Origin: Sulfurimonadaceae bacterium
Lineage (GTDB): Bacteria > Campylobacterota > Campylobacteria > Campylobacterales > Sulfurimonadaceae
Assembly (NCBI GenBank): GCA_041571435.1
Contig: JBFFUI010000040.1
Span: forward strand, 1-19,507
Length of the DNA stretch: 19,507 nt
Direction of reading: 5' to 3'
Positions 15,523 through 19,507 of this stretch are shown here, in pieces (position 1 is the first letter of the stretch; each line of letters begins with the position of its first letter). The notes under the pieces are model-generated. The model did no database searches and was not told the origin of the DNA. It saw only the letters and a program-made list of their open reading frames with translations. The position numbers were made by a program, and so were the translations under genes.

Positions 15523-17469
15523 ATGAACTTTTTTCAGGAGCAGGCACGTTCGCGTCAGCATACATTCTGGCTGGTGATCATCTTCATCATCGCGGTATTA
15601 GTGCTGATCGGCGTGACCATACTTTTTGTTATCGGCTTGTACCTCTATATCAATGAGATCCCGCTTGCCAACTTTCTGAACGCCCCATTTGTGTATGTCG
15701 GTCCCCGTATCTATTACGGTGTCATTATTACTGTAATCGGTGTCGTTGCCGGCGGGTCGCTCTTCAAGTACCTCTCCCTCGCAAGCGGCGGCAAAAATGT
15801 TGCCATCGCGCTTGGCGGGCGGCAGCTAAACCGCAACAGTGCAGATGCCAAAGAGAAGATGCTGTTGAACGTTGTCGACGAGATGGCAATCGCCTCAGGT
15901 ATCTCCACACCTACAGTCTATATCTTGGATGAAAACGCTATCAACGCGTTTGCGGCAGGACTGACACTTGATGATGCTGTTATCGGTATCACAACGGGTG
16001 CGGTAGAGAAGCTTGACAGGGAAGAGCTCCAAGGGGTGATCGCCCATGAGTTCAGCCATATTTTTAATGGTGATATGCGTCTGAACCTGCAATTGACAGC
16101 AACCCTTCACGGCATACTGCTGATCGGACTGATAGGTCGGTTTATCCTGCGTTCAATGTCCCGCTCATCATCACACAGTTCGCGATCCTCAAGCAACAAA
16201 AAAGGCAACGGCGGGCTCTATATTCTTGTCTTGGGCTTAGGGCTTTTTGTCATAGGCTATGCTGGTACCTTTTTCGGCTCAATCATCAAGGCCAATGTCA
16301 GCCGAAAACGAGAGTACCTGGCAGATGCGACAGCGGTCCAGTACACTAGGTACCCGCGCGGGATCAGCGGCGCGCTCAAAAAAATCGCGTACTACAGTTC
16401 ACGTCTGGATGCGCCGGCCGCAGCAACCTACAGCCATCTCTACTTTGCCGAGGGAATCCGTACGATGTTCAGCTCTCTGATGGCGACTCATCCACCTTTG
16501 GAGGAGCGCATCAGAAGGATCGAGCCGCGATGGAGCGGCCGTTTCCAAAACTATGAGCAGCACAAAGTCCCAGAGCCTGAAGCTCCTGAACCCAAGCCTG
16601 AAAAAGAGGATAAAAAAGAGCGCTTTGTCCAGGGGGCGATCGCAGCTGCGATGATGCGTGTCGGGCAGATCAAAGAAGAAGCGGTTGAGCAGGTTGAAGT
16701 GGAGATCAAGGCGCTGGATGCCAAGGTACTGGAGCGCCTTAACGATCCGCTTGGGGCACAAGCCGTACTGTTATCGCTGCTGTACAACCCTGACCATAAA
16801 GAAGCGCTTTTTACCAAGGTTAAAGAAGAGAACCCTTATCTGCTGCTGGAGTTTGCAAATCTTCTAAAAGAAGGTCATACCGAACTCAAACAGCAGAGTG
16901 CCCTGATCGTCGCACTCAGTCTCAATGCACTTAAAAGCCTCTCTATCGAACAATACCAGCGCTTCATGACGATAGTGCAGACCTTTATTACTGCTGATCA
17001 GCATGTCTCACTGTTTGAGTGGAGTCTGCAGTATATCATTCAGCGTCCGCTCGAGATGCACCTCGGTATCAAAAAGGTCCCAAAGAGTCGGTACACGCAT
17101 CTGGGCGCGATTAAAGAGGAGGTCGAAGTACTTCTCTCTATGCTGGCGCAAGCCCAGTATGAGAATGAAGATCAAGCCAAAGAGTCCTTTGACAAGAGCA
17201 AACAGGCGATCCGTGCGGGTGCATTACAGTATCGTCTACGAGAGACGATATCGCATGAGGCTTTTGTGCATGCAGTGCAAGCTATAGAGATGGCCAAACC
17301 GGCTATTTCCGAACGCATCTTTGAAGGGGTCCTTTATAGCATTAAGATCGATGGTAAAGTGTCGCAGGCAGAAAACGCCTTTGTGCATGCTATCGCACAA
17401 CTGATCCAGGTACCGATGCCCCGCGAGTTCAAGTTGCAGGAGAGCGACGATAACACAGAAGGAAAATAA
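15523..17469 (+). CDS. M48 (HtpX-like) membrane zinc metalloprotease with a long C-terminal extension containing TerB-like motifs
   Basis: INAFAAG, VIAHEFSH, REYLADA and THPPLEERI. C-terminal ADQHVSLFE and IDGKVSQAE motifs. Confidence 0.9.
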   Translation: MNFFQEQARSRQHTFWLVIIFIIAVLVLIGVTILFVIGLYLYINEIPLANFLNAPFVYVGPRIYYGVIITVIGVVAGGSLFKYLSLASGGKNVAIALGGRQLNRNSADAKEKMLLNVVDEMAIASGISTPTVYILDENAINAFAAGLTLDDAVIGITTGAVEKLDREELQGVIAHEFSHIFNGDMRLNLQLTATLHGILLIGLIGRFILRSMSRSSSHSSRSSSNKKGNGGLYILVLGLGLFVIGYAGTFFGSIIKANVSRKREYLADATAVQYTRYPRGISGALKKIAYYSSRLDAPAAATYSHLYFAEGIRTMFSSLMATHPPLEERIRRIEPRWSGRFQNYEQHKVPEPEAPEPKPEKEDKKERFVQGAIAAAMMRVGQIKEEAVEQVEVEIKALDAKVLERLNDPLGAQAVLLSLLYNPDHKEALFTKVKEENPYLLLEFANLLKEGHTELKQQSALIVALSLNALKSLSIEQYQRFMTIVQTFITADQHVSLFEWSLQYIIQRPLEMHLGIKKVPKSRYTHLGAIKEEVEVLLSMLAQAQYENEDQAKESFDKSKQAIRAGALQYRLRETISHEAFVHAVQAIEMAKPAISERIFEGVLYSIKIDGKVSQAENAFVHAIAQLIQVPMPREFKLQESDDNTEGK

Positions 17470-17470
17470 G

Positions 17471-17635
17471 GTGAAATCGATAGAAGAACTCACAAACGAG
17501 GGCGTTGAACTCAAAGAGGTGGAGCTGATGCTCACGGCCGATGAACTTAAAAAGTTCGCGGCATATTGCATTAAAAACGACTTGAAGTTTAATGACTGGA
17601 TCCGTAAACTGGCCTATGAGGCTTTACAGAAATAG
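17471..17635 (+). CDS. Small ribbon-helix-helix-like protein (54 aa), not in the ORF track
   Basis: GTG start separated by 1 nt from the M48 stop, with AAGGA upstream. Translation: MKSIEELTNEGVELKEVELMLTADELKKFAAYCIKNDLKFNDWIRKLAYEALQK*. Confidence 0.72.
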   Translation: MKSIEELTNEGVELKEVELMLTADELKKFAAYCIKNDLKFNDWIRKLAYEALQK

Positions 17636-17670
17636 TCGGTTGATAAGGTTTAGCCTTCATACAAGAATCC

Positions 17671-17687
17671 TGCTATAATCATTATTA
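17671..17687 (+). promoter_or_regulatory. Extended -10 (TGCTATAAT) overlapped by a Fur/PerR-like ATAAT-C-ATTAT dyad
   Basis: TGCTATAATCATTATTA lies directly before and overlaps ATG 17687. Confidence 0.5.
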
Positions 17688-19021
17688 TGCGAAATGTATT
17701 CACACATCTTATTTCGGCGCTTACCAAAAACCACACGTTCGAATCAAATGAATGGATTTTAAGGTACAAGATACAGATATTGATCATTATCATTCTGCTG
17801 GTCAGTATGATGATTATCATGTTCTCGTTTATTCGTCTGTTAGAAGGCAACTTCGTACTGGCAGCGATCGATGCCGGCTTTTCGTCTTTCGTACTCATAC
17901 TGCTCTATTTTTTGCATATCAACAAAGAGTCATATCCTGTGGTTTCACGTCTCTTTCTATTTTTCGGAATTATGATGCTGTTTGCCAACTTCTATCTTGC
18001 GATCGATACTTATACCCGGGTGCTGTGGTTCTCTTCATTTATGTTGCTGGCTTTTTTTCTGCGTGATAAAAAAGAGGGTTTTGTCTGGCTGGGGATTATC
18101 ATTGTCATCCTCTCAGTGATCGCTGTTATGGAACCGAAATTTGACCTTGGCACGGTTAATTTTATGACGTTTATCGCCAATCTGAGTCTGATCGCGACGA
18201 TCGTATACTGGTATGAAAAAGTCAAAGAGAATGACAGCAAGCGTCTTCGACAATTGAATGCGACGCTGCAAACGCGTATCGATGAGGCTGTGATCGAAAA
18301 CCAAAAACAGGAACGTATGCTGATCCAGCAGTCAAAAATGGCTGCTATGGGGGAGATGATAGAGTCGATCGCGCACCAGTGGCGTCAGCCGCTCAATGTT
18401 ATGAGTTTGAGTTTGACTAAACTTGAGGTGGAACAAAATCTGGGTATGCTGGATGATGATTCATTTGACACGCTGGTGACAACGATGAACCAACAGGTTC
18501 AGTATATGTCGCAGACCATTGATGACTTTAGAACATTTTATCAAAGAGACAAACATGCGGTTGAGCTCTCACTGCAGGTGATGATCGATGATCTTGAAGC
18601 GCTTATTACACCGCTGCTCAACTCAAAATCTATTGATTTTATTAATAAAACCGATAGGGATATCAGGATCAGGACCTATCCTAATGAACTGAAACAGGTG
18701 CTTTTAAATATCATCAATAATGCCAAAGATGCGCTGATCACCTGCAAATGCGATAAAAAAGAGATCATTGTGAGTGCAGAAGAAGATGAAGAGAAGGTCA
18801 CTGTCTGTATAACGGACAATGCCAAGGGGATTGATGAGAAGATTATGGACCGTATCTTTGAACCCTATTTCACGACAAAATTTGAGTCCAAGGGAACAGG
18901 TATCGGTCTCTATATGAGCAAGACGATCATCGAAAACCACATACAGGGATCCATACGTGCTGAAAATATAAAAAATGGCGCCCGGTTTATTATTACGTTA
19001 CCGAAAAATGTAAAAGTCTAG
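17687..19021 (+). CDS. Membrane sensor histidine kinase (about 6 TM, HisKA + HATPase_c)
   Basis: SKMAAMGEMIESIAHQWRQPL H-box, N-box NIINNAKDA, DNAKGI, FEPYFTTK and GTGIGLY. Confidence 0.93.
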   Translation: MRNVFTHLISALTKNHTFESNEWILRYKIQILIIIILLVSMMIIMFSFIRLLEGNFVLAAIDAGFSSFVLILLYFLHINKESYPVVSRLFLFFGIMMLFANFYLAIDTYTRVLWFSSFMLLAFFLRDKKEGFVWLGIIIVILSVIAVMEPKFDLGTVNFMTFIANLSLIATIVYWYEKVKENDSKRLRQLNATLQTRIDEAVIENQKQERMLIQQSKMAAMGEMIESIAHQWRQPLNVMSLSLTKLEVEQNLGMLDDDSFDTLVTTMNQQVQYMSQTIDDFRTFYQRDKHAVELSLQVMIDDLEALITPLLNSKSIDFINKTDRDIRIRTYPNELKQVLLNIINNAKDALITCKCDKKEIIVSAEEDEEKVTVCITDNAKGIDEKIMDRIFEPYFTTKFESKGTGIGLYMSKTIIENHIQGSIRAENIKNGARFIITLPKNVKV

Positions 19022-19052
19022 AGGAAACAGAGAGGGTTGTTCTGCAAGAGGA

Positions 19053-19074
19053 GACACTCCCGAAGGGAAGTGTC
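19053..19074. terminator. Hairpin between the convergent kinase and ahpC genes
   Basis: GACACTCCC-GAA-GGGAAGTGTC, followed on the minus strand by a pyrimidine-rich tract. Confidence 0.6.
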
Positions 19075-19088
19075 ATAGGGAGGAACGA

Positions 19089-19507
19089 TTAGAGCTCGCT
19101 CTCGTGCTTAGCAAGATACTCGGCAACACCTTCAGTGCTGGCTTTCATACCTTCGTCACCTTTGTTCCAGCCCGCCGCACACACTTCACCATGCTCGTTC
19201 GTGAAGAGCATCGCGTCGACCATACGGATCATCTCATCGATGTTACGGCCAAGCGGAAGGTCGTTGATGACCGCGTGACGTACCGTACCGTCTTTGTCGA
19301 TCAGGAATGAACCACGTAGTGCAACGCCACCGTCAAGAAGAACATCGTACGACTTGGCGATCTCTTTGGTAAGGTCGGCAACAAGCGGGTAACGGACCTG
19401 ACCGATACCGCCTTCGTTGACCGGCGTGTTTTTCCAAGCAAAGTGAGAGAACTGGGAATCGATCGATACACCGATCACTTCGATACCGCGTGATTTGAAC
19501 TCATCCA
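19089..19507 (-). CDS. ahpC: Typical 2-Cys peroxiredoxin AhpC/TsaA; 5'-truncated by the window edge
   Basis: The frame is open to the window end: DEFKSRGIEVIGVSIDSQFSHFAW, ALRGSFLID, NDLPLGRNIDE and HGEVCAAGW. Confidence 0.95.
   Translation of the reverse strand, partial: DEFKSRGIEVIGVSIDSQFSHFAWKNTPVNEGGIGQVRYPLVADLTKEIAKSYDVLLDGGVALRGSFLIDKDGTVRHAVINDLPLGRNIDEMIRMVDAMLFTNEHGEVCAAGWNKGDEGMKASTEGVAEYLAKHESEL

Overview
A gene-dense chromosomal window of moderate GC, most likely from a Campylobacterota bacterium of the Sulfurimonas/Sulfuricurvum type. This is inferred from the HQWRQPL histidine kinase, the MKCGAGKCG motif and TATAAT-only promoters with AAGGA RBSs. From left to right it contains: the 3' part of a CusA-type Cu/Ag RND pump coupled to a Cys/Met-rich MKCGAGKCG-repeat lipoprotein; three exported thioredoxin-fold proteins interleaved with a truncated globin and YceI; and a very acidic small protein. 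Next is a minus-strand operon (amidase_2, DUF819-like transporter, Ala-Glu epimerase) whose epimerase is fused in frame to a GIY-YIG nuclease. Then come a stand-alone protein resembling the first winged helix of Rep_3 plasmid initiators, an ExoX-like exonuclease, a BRCT+LRV-repeat protein, a MoxR AAA+ ATPase and a DUF2201-vWA partner lacking its HExxH motif. The right end holds a Pif1-like helicase, lemA with a long M48 protease, a hidden ribbon-helix-helix ORF, an orphan sensor kinase and the 3' part of ahpC. Two likely real genes under 60 aa are missing from the ORF track (13121-13300 minus; 17471-17635 plus). I saw no RNA genes, CRISPR arrays, transposases or integrases. All family calls are by-eye motif recognition, not database results.
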